Shown: in pieces, positions 30,912 to 39,232 of the stretch | Position numbering within the stretch: the stretch's first letter is position 1 | How the letters are laid out: each line of letters starts with the position of its first letter | Assembly (NCBI GenBank): GCA_965116025.1 | Contig: OZ220480.1 | Coordinates: 1,951,447-2,015,446 of the forward strand | Direction of reading: 5' to 3' | DNA from: an uncultured candidatus Porisulfidus sp. | GTDB taxonomy: Bacteria; Pseudomonadota; Gammaproteobacteria; Poriferisulfidales; Poriferisulfidaceae | Length of the DNA stretch: 64,000 nt | The notes under the pieces: generated by a model | Databases searched by the model: none | What the model saw: only the letters and a program-made list of their open reading frames with translations | What the model was told of the DNA's origin: nothing | Translations under genes and position numbers: made by a program

Positions 30912-33900
30912 TCACCACTGGAGGGAGGCGCGCAAGGCGATCCGGCTCTCGTCGCCGGTCTCCGCCTCCAGCGCCAGCGCCAGCGTCTCGCCACGGCGGT
31001 AGCGCGTCCCCAGCCGCAGCAGCGCCAACCCGGACTCCTCCACCGACAGCCCCGCGTACGGCGTCGCCAGCCCCGCCCACGGCCCCGACAGCCCCTGACC
31101 CACCTCCGCCTCCAGCCGCGTCCGAGCCTCCGCCTCCCCCAGCCTCGCCGACGACCCCTCCCGCGCGAACAGCCGCGCCAGCCCGCTCCCCGCGTCGCCC
31201 CGACCCAGCGACAGCCGCAGCGACGGACCCCGACCGCTCGCCTCCGGCGTCACCGACATCCGCGCGCTCGCGCTCCACTCGTCGCGATCCGCCTCGTGCG
31301 CCACCAGCGCCCGCGTCCGAAGCTCCACCGACATCCGACCCGTCCCGTCCAAGTACGACACGCTCGCCCCCAGCTCCGCCCCGGCCCCGTCCGTCGCGTC
31401 GCCCCCGTCGTAGCGCGCCCCCGCCTCCAGCGCCGGCGTCAGCCTGCCCCCGTCCTCCAAGACCCGCTCCCGCGACCCCTCCAGCGCCAGCCGCACCCGG
31501 CTCGCGTCCACCGACAGCCCCTCCAGCCCGTCCTCCGCGTCCGTCCGCGCCCGCGCCAGCGAGCCCTCCCCCCGCAGCGCCAATCGCAGAACGTCTCCTC
31601 CCGCGCCCGAGCGCTCCGACAGCGTCCGCCAGCCCCCCGCCGACGCGCTCCGCGTCCGCAAGTCCGCCTCCCGCGTCGCCTGACCATCCTCCCGCACCCG
31701 AACCTTCCCGCGCCCGTAGCTCGCGCTCGCCCACAAGCTCGACCCGTCCTCCAAAAGCCACGCCATATACGGGCGCACCGACGCCAGCCGCGTCTCGTGC
31801 CGCCCCCGAACCCCGTCCGCCTCCGTGTCCAGATCGCCCTCCGCGTAGGACGCCGCCACCCCCGCCAGAACGTCCGGGCGCGCCCGGAAGTCCACCCCGG
31901 CGTGCGCCGACCACACCTCCCCGTCCCAGGACACCCCGTCCTCCGACCCGTCCAGCGACGACAGCGCCCCGCGAACCCAGACCGACGCCACCCGGCTCCC
32001 GTCCGCCCCGGTCAATCCCGTCGCCAGCGCCGTCCCGGACAACGCCGCCCGCCAGTCCAGCCCGGCCCCGTCCGCGCCCGCCCCCGACGCCAGCGCCGCG
32101 CCCAGGTCCAGCGCCTCCGGCTCCACCCCCGACGCCGCGAGCTCGATCCGCCGCGCGATCACCCCGGTCGCCTGCGCCACCGCCGCCGCCAGCGCCTGCG
32201 GCAGCGCCGCCGCGTTCACCCGGCTCGCCCGCGCCGCCGCCCCCAGCCGGTCGCTCACTATCCCGTCCGCCAGAGCGTCCGCCCCCACCGCGTAGCCCGT
32301 CCCCGACAGCAGCTCGACCCGGTACGCCTCCTCCCCCTCCGACCCCTGATCCCCTGCCGTCGGGATCAGCACGATCCCCGCCATCCCCGCCTCCGCCCCG
32401 AAGTCCGCCTGGAAGTCCCGCGGGCCCAGCCCGCCCTCGACGTCCTCCGCGTCGAAGCCGCTCTCCTCCCGCGCCGACAGCCTCAGGCGAACCGTCAGCA
32501 TGCCCGTCACCGCCTTGTCCGACGCCACCGTCAGCCGGATCGCCTCCCCCTCCGCCGTCACCGACGGGTCTGCCGATAATTGCAGGATCGGCGTCGTCTC
32601 CGACACCGACACCGACACGTCCGACAGCGTCGCGTCGTCGTAGCCCCCGCCCGCGGTCGCGTGCGTCAGCGTCACCGCCACCTCCGCTTCCGCGTCCTCA
32701 TCCGCCGCCGCCGACACCGTCACCGTCACCGGAACGTTCCAAGTCGCCGTCGTGAACGTCAGGCTCGATGGCGCCGCCGACACGTCCCCCGACGCCCCGC
32801 CCACCGTCACCGTCACGCTCGCCGACGGCTTCGTGTGCAGAACCACCGTGTACGAGCCGCTCCCGCCCTCCACGACCGTCAGCTCCGTCGGCGCCACCGT
32901 CCCCCCCGGATCGTCCTCCTTCACCGACACCTCCACCGTCCCGACCGACACCGAGCCGTAGCCCCTGCTCGTCGCCACATGCGTCAGCCGCGTCGGCGGG
33001 TCCGTCATCGTGTCGTCGTCCTCCTCCACCGCCGTCACCGTCACCGTCTGGGCTGTCGACCAGTCCGCCGTCGTGAACGTCAGACGCGACGGCGTCGCCG
33101 TCACCTCCGCCGTCGTCCCGCCCACCGACACCGTCACCGCCGCCAACGGCTTCGAGCTCAGAACCACCGTGTACGAGCCGCTATCCCCCTCCTCCAGCTC
33201 CAGCTCCATCGGCTTGAGGGTCACTCCCGGCAGCGGCATCGGCGTCGCCTTCACCTGGTCCGACCACGACGACTGCACCCCGGGACGGACCGCGGCGAAC
33301 AGGCGAAACGTGTATTTCGTGCCGTTCGTCAAACCCGTCACCTTGACGCTCGTCCGGCTCCCGCCCGTGAGCGTCGTGGTCGTGCTCCAGCCGCCCGAAC
33401 TCTTGTACTGGTAACCCCAGCTCGTTATCGGAATGCCCGACAAGGCGTTCCAGCTCAGGGTGGCCGAGGCGTCGCTCCCCGCCGCCGTCAGAACCGGCTT
33501 GGGAACAGTATTCGTCGGCGTCGCCTTCACCTGGTCCGACCACACCGACTGCGCGCCGCTGCCGGTGCGGGCGAACAGGCGGAACGTGTATTTCGTGCCG
33601 ACCGTCAGACCCGACACCGTGTGGCTCGTCGCGCTGCCGTCATCAATCGTCTTGGTCCCGCTCCAGGAGCCGCCATCCGGCTTGTACTGGTAGCCCCAGC
33701 TCGCGACCGTCACGCCCGACAAGGCGCTCCAGCTCAGGGTGACCGAGGCGTAACCCGCTTCGGCGCTCAGCTCCGGCTTGGGAACCGCCGCCGACGCCGA
33801 CGGCGTCGCCTCCACCACCGCCGACTGCCGCCCGTTGCCGCCACTGTTCCGCGCCCGAATGCGGAAGCGGTACTCCACATCGTTGTCCAGACCCGTCACC

Positions 33901-34610
33901 GTGTGCCGCACGGTGGCCGCGTCCGAACCGGAAATGGCGGTCCAGCCGCCCCAGCCGGCGGCGCCCTTCTTCCGCCGCACCTGATACCGCGTGATCGAAT
34001 CGTCGTCCGGATCGGTCCACGACAGCGTCACCCGCGTGTCGCCCGCCTCCGCCAACAACCCCGTCGGGGTGGCGGGGACGGCGGTGGTGCCGTCGTCGTT
34101 GTCAGTGATGGTGAGGATCAGCGTGTTGCTGTTCTGCGTCCAGCCATCCGAACGTGCCAGCGAGTTAGGGACAAGCCTTAAAGCGACGGTTTCCCCGGTC
34201 CCTTCATCAGCTGTGTCGCCCAGAATGCCAATCGCGAAACTTCCATTCGTCCCAATGTTAACATTTACGAATGCGTTGTCGCTGAAGACGCCGGGATAAC
34301 AGATATCCGCACCGCTGGACGGAGCGCTGCAAGAGGTCGTGCCAACATTGGTGTTGTCGGTTGCCGTGCTGCTGCCAGCAACAAACTCAACGTTAAACCC
34401 CACTCTAGTTGGCGTGCCCTCCCCGAGCTTGACGTTGATCGTCACATCCTTCTTGCCGGAATCGCCCTCGGTGATCGTGGTTGACGCGGTCGATATGGCG
34501 ACGGTCTTGGCGGCGCGGGCGTTTTCGGGCGCGGCGAGCGCCACCAGCGCGAAGAAGACGAAGGCGAGTCCCGCCGTCAGGCGGCGAGCGACTCTCCCGA
34601 GACCACCCAC
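30912..34610 (-). CDS. Large autotransporter adhesin-like protein with FN3 and Calx/cadherin-like repeats and a C-terminal beta-barrel
   Basis: Track ORF is 1279 aa (30912..34751). A signal peptide (GLGRVARRLTAGLAFVFFALVALAAPENARA) begins at the in-frame GTG at 34610. Repeated FN3-like modules (…YQVRRKKG…, …WGYQYKPDGG…, …WGYQYKSSGG…). C-terminal ~280 aa beta-domain ends in aromatic W (…RASLQW). The start is ambiguous because of the upstream poly-C tract. Confidence 0.75.
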   Translation of the reverse strand: MGGLGRVARRLTAGLAFVFFALVALAAPENARAAKTVAISTASTTITEGDSGKKDVTINVKLGEGTPTRVGFNVEFVAGSSTATDNTNVGTTSCSAPSSGADICYPGVFSDNAFVNVNIGTNGSFAIGILGDTADEGTGETVALRLVPNSLARSDGWTQNSNTLILTITDNDDGTTAVPATPTGLLAEAGDTRVTLSWTDPDDDSITRYQVRRKKGAAGWGGWTAISGSDAATVRHTVTGLDNDVEYRFRIRARNSGGNGRQSAVVEATPSASAAVPKPELSAEAGYASVTLSWSALSGVTVASWGYQYKPDGGSWSGTKTIDDGSATSHTVSGLTVGTKYTFRLFARTGSGAQSVWSDQVKATPTNTVPKPVLTAAGSDASATLSWNALSGIPITSWGYQYKSSGGWSTTTTLTGGSRTSVKVTGLTNGTKYTFRLFAAVRPGVQSSWSDQVKATPMPLPGVTLKPMELELEEGDSGSYTVVLSSKPLAAVTVSVGGTTAEVTATPSRLTFTTADWSTAQTVTVTAVEEDDDTMTDPPTRLTHVATSRGYGSVSVGTVEVSVKEDDPGGTVAPTELTVVEGGSGSYTVVLHTKPSASVTVTVGGASGDVSAAPSSLTFTTATWNVPVTVTVSAAADEDAEAEVAVTLTHATAGGGYDDATLSDVSVSVSETTPILQLSADPSVTAEGEAIRLTVASDKAVTGMLTVRLRLSAREESGFDAEDVEGGLGPRDFQADFGAEAGMAGIVLIPTAGDQGSEGEEAYRVELLSGTGYAVGADALADGIVSDRLGAAARASRVNAAALPQALAAAVAQATGVIARRIELAASGVEPEALDLGAALASGAGADGAGLDWRAALSGTALATGLTGADGSRVASVWVRGALSSLDGSEDGVSWDGEVWSAHAGVDFRARPDVLAGVAASYAEGDLDTEADGVRGRHETRLASVRPYMAWLLEDGSSLWASASYGRGKVRVREDGQATREADLRTRSASAGGWRTLSERSGAGGDVLRLALRGEGSLARARTDAEDGLEGLSVDASRVRLALEGSRERVLEDGGRLTPALEAGARYDGGDATDGAGAELGASVSYLDGTGRMSVELRTRALVAHEADRDEWSASARMSVTPEASGRGPSLRLSLGRGDAGSGLARLFAREGSSARLGEAEARTRLEAEVGQGLSGPWAGLATPYAGLSVEESGLALLRLGTRYRRGETLALALEAETGDESRIALRASLQW

Positions 34611-34630
34611 AGCCTCAGCACCCCATATAA

Positions 34631-34648
34631 GGGGGGGGGGGGGGGGGG
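34631..34648. repeat. Homopolymeric tract: 18 consecutive G (poly-C on the autotransporter coding strand)
   Basis: Directly read from the sequence: ataa + G18 + tatgag. Lies 20 nt upstream of the GTG start of the autotransporter, between TTGCCT (-35-like) and TTATAT (-10-like) hexamers. Confidence 0.9.
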
Positions 34649-34760
34649 TATGAGAGTTAGGCAAAGATTCCGCCTTAATCACAAACACTCGTCCGACCAA
34701 TCCAGTGCTGATCGCCGACATTATAGCCCAGCTCGTCAGGCGCGCCATCATTAACGAGAA

Positions 34761-37700
34761 TCACTTCGCATGATCAGGGAGGATAGCCCTCACAAGAGCG
34801 TCGATTTCCGTCAACGTCCCGTCCTCCGCGAGTCGTGCGCGAACGCGCCGGGAGGCGGCGACTTGACCAGCGGGCAGATCCATCGCCCCTACAATCTTTT
34901 CCGCCCTCGCCGCCAACGCGGCTAGCCGCTGATGAGCGCCATCACCCGCCTTCCAAGCCGGTATCGGTACCGCCCGCCACGGATTCTTGTGAAAGTCGCG
35001 ACCACTGGCGCGACAGGCTCGAAACGCTTCTTCGAGAGCGGGCGCGTTCAATACGGCCACTAGATAACGCGCTTCCGCGACGGTTCCCATAGAACGCCGA
35101 TATAGCTTTGAGTCCACTACGGCCATTCCCTCCGGGACACGCGCGGCGCGCATCACGTCTCCAGATGCCGGATAAACTACCAAATAGGCGCGACGAGCCT
35201 TCAGTGGCAACTGGGCTGACAACTTGCCGCCATAGTCGATTTGCTTGATCAGGGTGCTCGGGGTGTTGCTGCCAAGCCCTCTGCGCTCGCGGTAAAGATC
35301 ATCAAGCTCGGTCCAGAACGCTACCTTTCGAGCGACTTCCGTAGATAGCAACTTTCCGTCTTCGCCACGGGGAATTATGACCGTCTCCAGCCCTTCGGGC
35401 GAAAACCCGAACGGGAGCAACAGCTTTGATGTCAGCAACGGGGTCAGCCAGCGTTCCGGGACCTCGCCCTCGCGAGGCCGAACCATATCCCACGGGGGAT
35501 GGTCCGAACGCGCCATGGTCACGGTCCTAGCTTCGGACCGGGCCCCGGCCCCCACCATCGCCGTCTTCGTTAATACTTTTGGAACGACTGTGGCACCCTG
35601 CCGCCAGTGGTCGGCCGCATAGTCAGATGGTAATCGCGGGATCTGTCGGGGCGCGACCCAGCGCAACAAAGCCCAAGTCTCGTCCAACGACGAGGACGCG
35701 CCAGGCGTGGCACCGACGCTCTCCGCTTTCAGCGTTTTTCCGCCAACATCGCCACCGGGAATGCCAGACACCCGCCGAATCTCGAAAAGCGCGCAACAAC
35801 GCCTCGCATCACCCCCGCCAAAGACTTTCACGTCTGACAAATCAAGGGCCTGGGCTAAAAGACCGACGTGCCAATCGCGAAACTTCCTCCAGTTCCCGGC
35901 GCGAATGGCGGCCGCCTTGGTCACCCATGCGGCGGGATCGGAACCTGGGTCGTTCAGATACGCCATGCGGGCATGGCGTATGAACAGTTGCGCGATGTCG
36001 AAATGCGGAGCCTGCTTCCCGCCTGTCCAGAGATCAAGATGGCCCGCCTGTTCATCTTTGCCGGCCATGCGCTCCAACGCGCGTTTTCTCTCGGGAACCT
36101 GGATTTTCGCCAGCTTGACCCAAGGCGGATTGGCGACGATGCGATCAACCTTGCGCCGCGCCAGCCGATCCGGACCAAGAACGTTGTTGATATACCAAGT
36201 CCAGACCGAGTTACCTTCTCTCTCGATCGCCTCCACGAGATTCTTGTGGCATTCAGCCACCATTTCGCGATTCCCTTCGTTATCAACCGCCAGGCCGATA
36301 TCGGCCGGCAACGCGCCGCCGCGCGCGGCGGCATCCACCATGCGACGGAGCATGTCGGGAAAGTCCGCGTGTTCCGTGAACGTCCTTGGCAAAACGATTT
36401 CATGTCCATACGGAGTCCGTATCAGGATTTCCCCATTACGCGGCTCGAACAGGGTGCGCTCGTCGGTCTGCCGCAACATCAGCGCGTCGCCTTGATAGAT
36501 CGACAGCGCCATGCTCGCGGCGGGCGGCGTGGCCGGCAACGCCCGCAACAACGTGGCGCGACTGAACTCCACGGCCACCGGATGAATGTCGATGCCATGC
36601 ACGAGCAGGCAGACGACCTCGGCTCTTTGTCCCGGTTGCAGGTCTCTCGCCGCCTCACAGGCCAAGATGCGCCTCGCGCAGTGGTAGAGAAACGTCCCCG
36701 AGCCACAGGTCGGGTCCAGAACGCCAACGCCATCCATCCGGTCACGACCGCGCGCCGTGATGAGCGCGGCGGTGACCGCTCGCTCGCACCACTGCTCATC
36801 CAGGACCTCGCCCACCATCAATTCGGCGAGCCAGTCCGGAGTGTACACTTCCCCGAAGTCGCGGCGGTCACCGCGATCCACGAAACGCTCGTAGAGCGGG
36901 CGTAGCACATCGCCTGCCGTCCGCCGCCATTCATAGGCATGCGCGCGGTCGAGCAAGTCCTGCGCCCAGACTCGCCCGTCCTCAATCTCGACGATCCATG
37001 CCGGAAATCCATCGCCCAAAATCTCAACAGGATTGGGCCGGGCGTTTGGGTTGAACAGCGTATGCGCCACGCCTCGGGCGAGGGCGACCAAGAAACAGTG
37101 GGCGGTGAACAGCCGGATTCGGGCCGCGTCGGTTTCCGGAGCCATGCCTGACCCTCGGAGCATGTCCAACCATAGCCGCATCTTGGTATCGGTAGCCCGC
37201 CGAACGCGCTCGCCTACTAGACTCGCATGCACCTCCCGCAAGTCTTCCAGAGACCCCGCGAAGAGCGGAACCGGGTCAGAAGGAATCCATGGCCTGCCAA
37301 CGGGCTCCACGTCAAGAATCGGTCCGACGCGAAGCACTAATTCGTCGCTAGTGCTCGGCCGAAAACTGTCGAGCACAAGTTCTGGCACGGTCTGGCGAGC
37401 ATGCGGAAACCGCCACGCATGCCAGACGCGGCCATCCGTCACGATACCAGTCCAAAAGAGATCCGGTTGCTCCTCCAGCGGCGACCGGTCAAGCTCGTCC
37501 TCCATCTCCGCGGTCAGATAGCGCTTGAGTTGCTCGAACGGAGTCTCGCGGATTTGCGCTCGGTGCGGATCGTCCGCCAGACCGGCAGTCTTGGTCTCAA
37601 TAAATACCCGCCGGTTCGGTAGGAAAATATCGGCCAAACCACCCCTCGTCCTGAAGGTCAGGAGATTCTCGATACCCAAGCAATCCAGAAGCCGCCCGAT

Positions 37701-38189
37701 ATCCTGCCGGACACGATCCTCTGGACGGCTTGGATTCGCGTCCAGCAATCTTCGCGCGGCGCGAATCGAGTCTCCACCGAGGTCGCGCGGCACGGAACTC
37801 ACGCGACGCCGCCCCAGCGCGCCTGTCGTTCTGCCTGTCCGGTCGCGCCGTGCGCGAGCGGGAGCGGACCGATCTCTCGGACGTTCGAGCTCATGGATTA
37901 ACGCTCTCTTGATGAGTTCAGAGAAAGCCGGGGAAGTTCCTGTGGAATGATAGCAGAAGAAGCCCCAGAGAAGACGAAGACGAGCCCATGGCATAGTTCG
38001 CAAGGTGGAATCCCGGGAAGACACGGCTCCACAATCCTGTTCGCGCGAGACTGCCGCCATACGCCCTCGGCAAACGGAGGCGATCAAGAGCGCATTTGGA
38101 GCCCGCACCGAAATTCCGGCAAGTTGCGCCGGGACGCATGGCCATCCACCGCAAAGAGACGAGTCAGGACATACGCCATCCTCGGCCAA
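34761..38189 (-). CDS. Type IIG restriction-modification enzyme (MmeI-like fused PD-ExK endonuclease / gamma-class N6-adenine methyltransferase / TRD)
   Basis: PD-ExK-like segment near the N-terminus (…DIFLPNRRVFIETK…). SAM-binding motif I VLDPTCGSGTFL and motif IV IVANPPWVK. Large single polypeptide (~1100 aa). The true start may be an internal Met. Lower GC than the core genome. Confidence 0.65.
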   Translation of the reverse strand: MAEDGVCPDSSLCGGWPCVPAQLAGISVRAPNALLIASVCRGRMAAVSREQDCGAVSSRDSTLRTMPWARLRLLWGFFCYHSTGTSPAFSELIKRALIHELERPRDRSAPARARRDRTGRTTGALGRRRVSSVPRDLGGDSIRAARRLLDANPSRPEDRVRQDIGRLLDCLGIENLLTFRTRGGLADIFLPNRRVFIETKTAGLADDPHRAQIRETPFEQLKRYLTAEMEDELDRSPLEEQPDLFWTGIVTDGRVWHAWRFPHARQTVPELVLDSFRPSTSDELVLRVGPILDVEPVGRPWIPSDPVPLFAGSLEDLREVHASLVGERVRRATDTKMRLWLDMLRGSGMAPETDAARIRLFTAHCFLVALARGVAHTLFNPNARPNPVEILGDGFPAWIVEIEDGRVWAQDLLDRAHAYEWRRTAGDVLRPLYERFVDRGDRRDFGEVYTPDWLAELMVGEVLDEQWCERAVTAALITARGRDRMDGVGVLDPTCGSGTFLYHCARRILACEAARDLQPGQRAEVVCLLVHGIDIHPVAVEFSRATLLRALPATPPAASMALSIYQGDALMLRQTDERTLFEPRNGEILIRTPYGHEIVLPRTFTEHADFPDMLRRMVDAAARGGALPADIGLAVDNEGNREMVAECHKNLVEAIEREGNSVWTWYINNVLGPDRLARRKVDRIVANPPWVKLAKIQVPERKRALERMAGKDEQAGHLDLWTGGKQAPHFDIAQLFIRHARMAYLNDPGSDPAAWVTKAAAIRAGNWRKFRDWHVGLLAQALDLSDVKVFGGGDARRCCALFEIRRVSGIPGGDVGGKTLKAESVGATPGASSSLDETWALLRWVAPRQIPRLPSDYAADHWRQGATVVPKVLTKTAMVGAGARSEARTVTMARSDHPPWDMVRPREGEVPERWLTPLLTSKLLLPFGFSPEGLETVIIPRGEDGKLLSTEVARKVAFWTELDDLYRERRGLGSNTPSTLIKQIDYGGKLSAQLPLKARRAYLVVYPASGDVMRAARVPEGMAVVDSKLYRRSMGTVAEARYLVAVLNAPALEEAFRACRASGRDFHKNPWRAVPIPAWKAGDGAHQRLAALAARAEKIVGAMDLPAGQVAASRRVRARLAEDGTLTEIDALVRAILPDHAK

Positions 38190-38432
38190 CGCATGACGCG
38201 AGTGGAAGATCTTCTGGAAGGTCTCTGCACCCGGCGGTCGCGAGAGTTGAAAGCCTGACAGAGACGAATATCCTGGAAAACGCCCGATGCCGCCTTGGAA
38301 ATCAGCGTCAGTGCATAGCGGATCGATTCCTTGCCGAGAATGGCGAGAGGGCTCGTGGTCAAAGTGAAAGTGACCGCTTTCGTCACGCCAATACCCCCGT
38401 CACGGTCACTCGCCCAAGACGCCAGTGGAAAA

Positions 38433-38461
38433 TTGACAGCGCTCCGGGAGAGGGTTATAGT
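38433..38461 (+). promoter_or_regulatory. Near-consensus sigma70 promoter (TTGACA-N17-TATAGT) for the small NHLP-like ORF
   Basis: ttgaca at 38433-38438, 17-nt spacer, tatagt at 38456-38461. Strong SD AGAGGA lies 6 nt before the ATG at 38499. An upstream inverted repeat GTGAC-N7-GTCAC (about 38380-38400) could be an operator. Confidence 0.5.
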
Positions 38462-38498
38462 TCCAATGAGATCGTGAACCTTCCTAACGAGAGGATTT

Positions 38499-38774
38499 AT
38501 GGGATCATTCGCGGAGGCGGCCATGCAGCGCGCGGAGGACATGCGTCGCCATCTTACTGAGAAAGCACTTGAGGACATCGAGTTTCGCAAGAAGCTCGTG
38601 GAAAACCCCAAAGGCGCCATCGCCGATGAATTTGGCGTTGAGGTGCCGGACAACTTCGAAATCAAGGTGCATGAGAGTGACATGCACACTCTTCACATCG
38701 CCCTGCCAGTTGGCCCGGAACTTGATGAAGAGCAACTCGAGATGATCGCCGCTGGCCTGTGCTGTTGCCTCTGA
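38499..38774 (+). CDS. NHLP (nitrile-hydratase-leader-peptide)-family RiPP precursor-like small protein with a C-terminal LCCCL core
   Basis: 91 aa. LVENPKGAIADEFGVEVPDNFEIKVHESDMHTLHIALPVGPELDEEQLEMIAAG follows the conserved NHLP leader pattern (NPK…GV…P…E…V.E…H.VLP…EL.EE.LE.vAgG). Ends in the tri-cysteine LCCCL. Consensus promoter and strong RBS. Confidence 0.6.
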   Translation: MGSFAEAAMQRAEDMRRHLTEKALEDIEFRKKLVENPKGAIADEFGVEVPDNFEIKVHESDMHTLHIALPVGPELDEEQLEMIAAGLCCCL

Positions 38775-39232
38775 TCCCGAAACGCTCGCCTGTCCTTGAG
38801 GCAAACGGACCGACATGGACTTCATTCTGACGAGACCAGCTACGCGAAATCAACTCCGCAGCGACAAAAACCCCGAAAGAATTATCGCTTGATCGACCCA
38901 ATGGCCAAACCCTTGGCTTTTGAGGTGACCATCGTTCGAACAACTTTTCTGCGCGATAAGAACGTATCGATCACTCGCGCTCTCGTATCTGGAGCCATCG
39001 CCAAGACATGCTTGGCCAACCCACCGGCGTGTGGTCTCGGTCAATTCCCTGCCCCAGCCTCCCGCCATTCGCGCTCGCCACGCGACTCACCGCATGGAAA
39101 AGATCTGAGAAGTGACCTCACTCCCGTAACGGGAGAAAAATCCGACTGATTCTCGCCAGACTCTCGAATGGCCAATAGCATCTCGTCGATAGCGTCGTAG
39201 CGAGATTTTCTGGTAGCCAGACGTGGATCCGA

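Noticed and set aside
30744-34181. 611-aa and 533-aa plus-strand ORFs and the 338-aa minus-strand ORF within the autotransporter locus
   Set aside because: Antisense or alternative-frame products of the repetitive GC-rich autotransporter gene. Translations are almost pure R/P/Q/G.
34611-34751. N-terminal extension of the autotransporter ORF (MMARLTSW…NSHTPPPPPLIWG) starting at 34751
   Set aside because: It begins 10 nt after the Type IIG stop and reads through the poly-C tract before reaching the signal peptide. A GTG at 34610 gives a canonical signal peptide, so the extension is more likely untranslated promoter or leader. Kept as an alternative in the findings.
38796-39149. 117-aa plus-strand ORF between the NHLP gene and dinB
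   Set aside because: No RBS, odd composition, no family resemblance. Likely non-coding spacer of the accessory patch.
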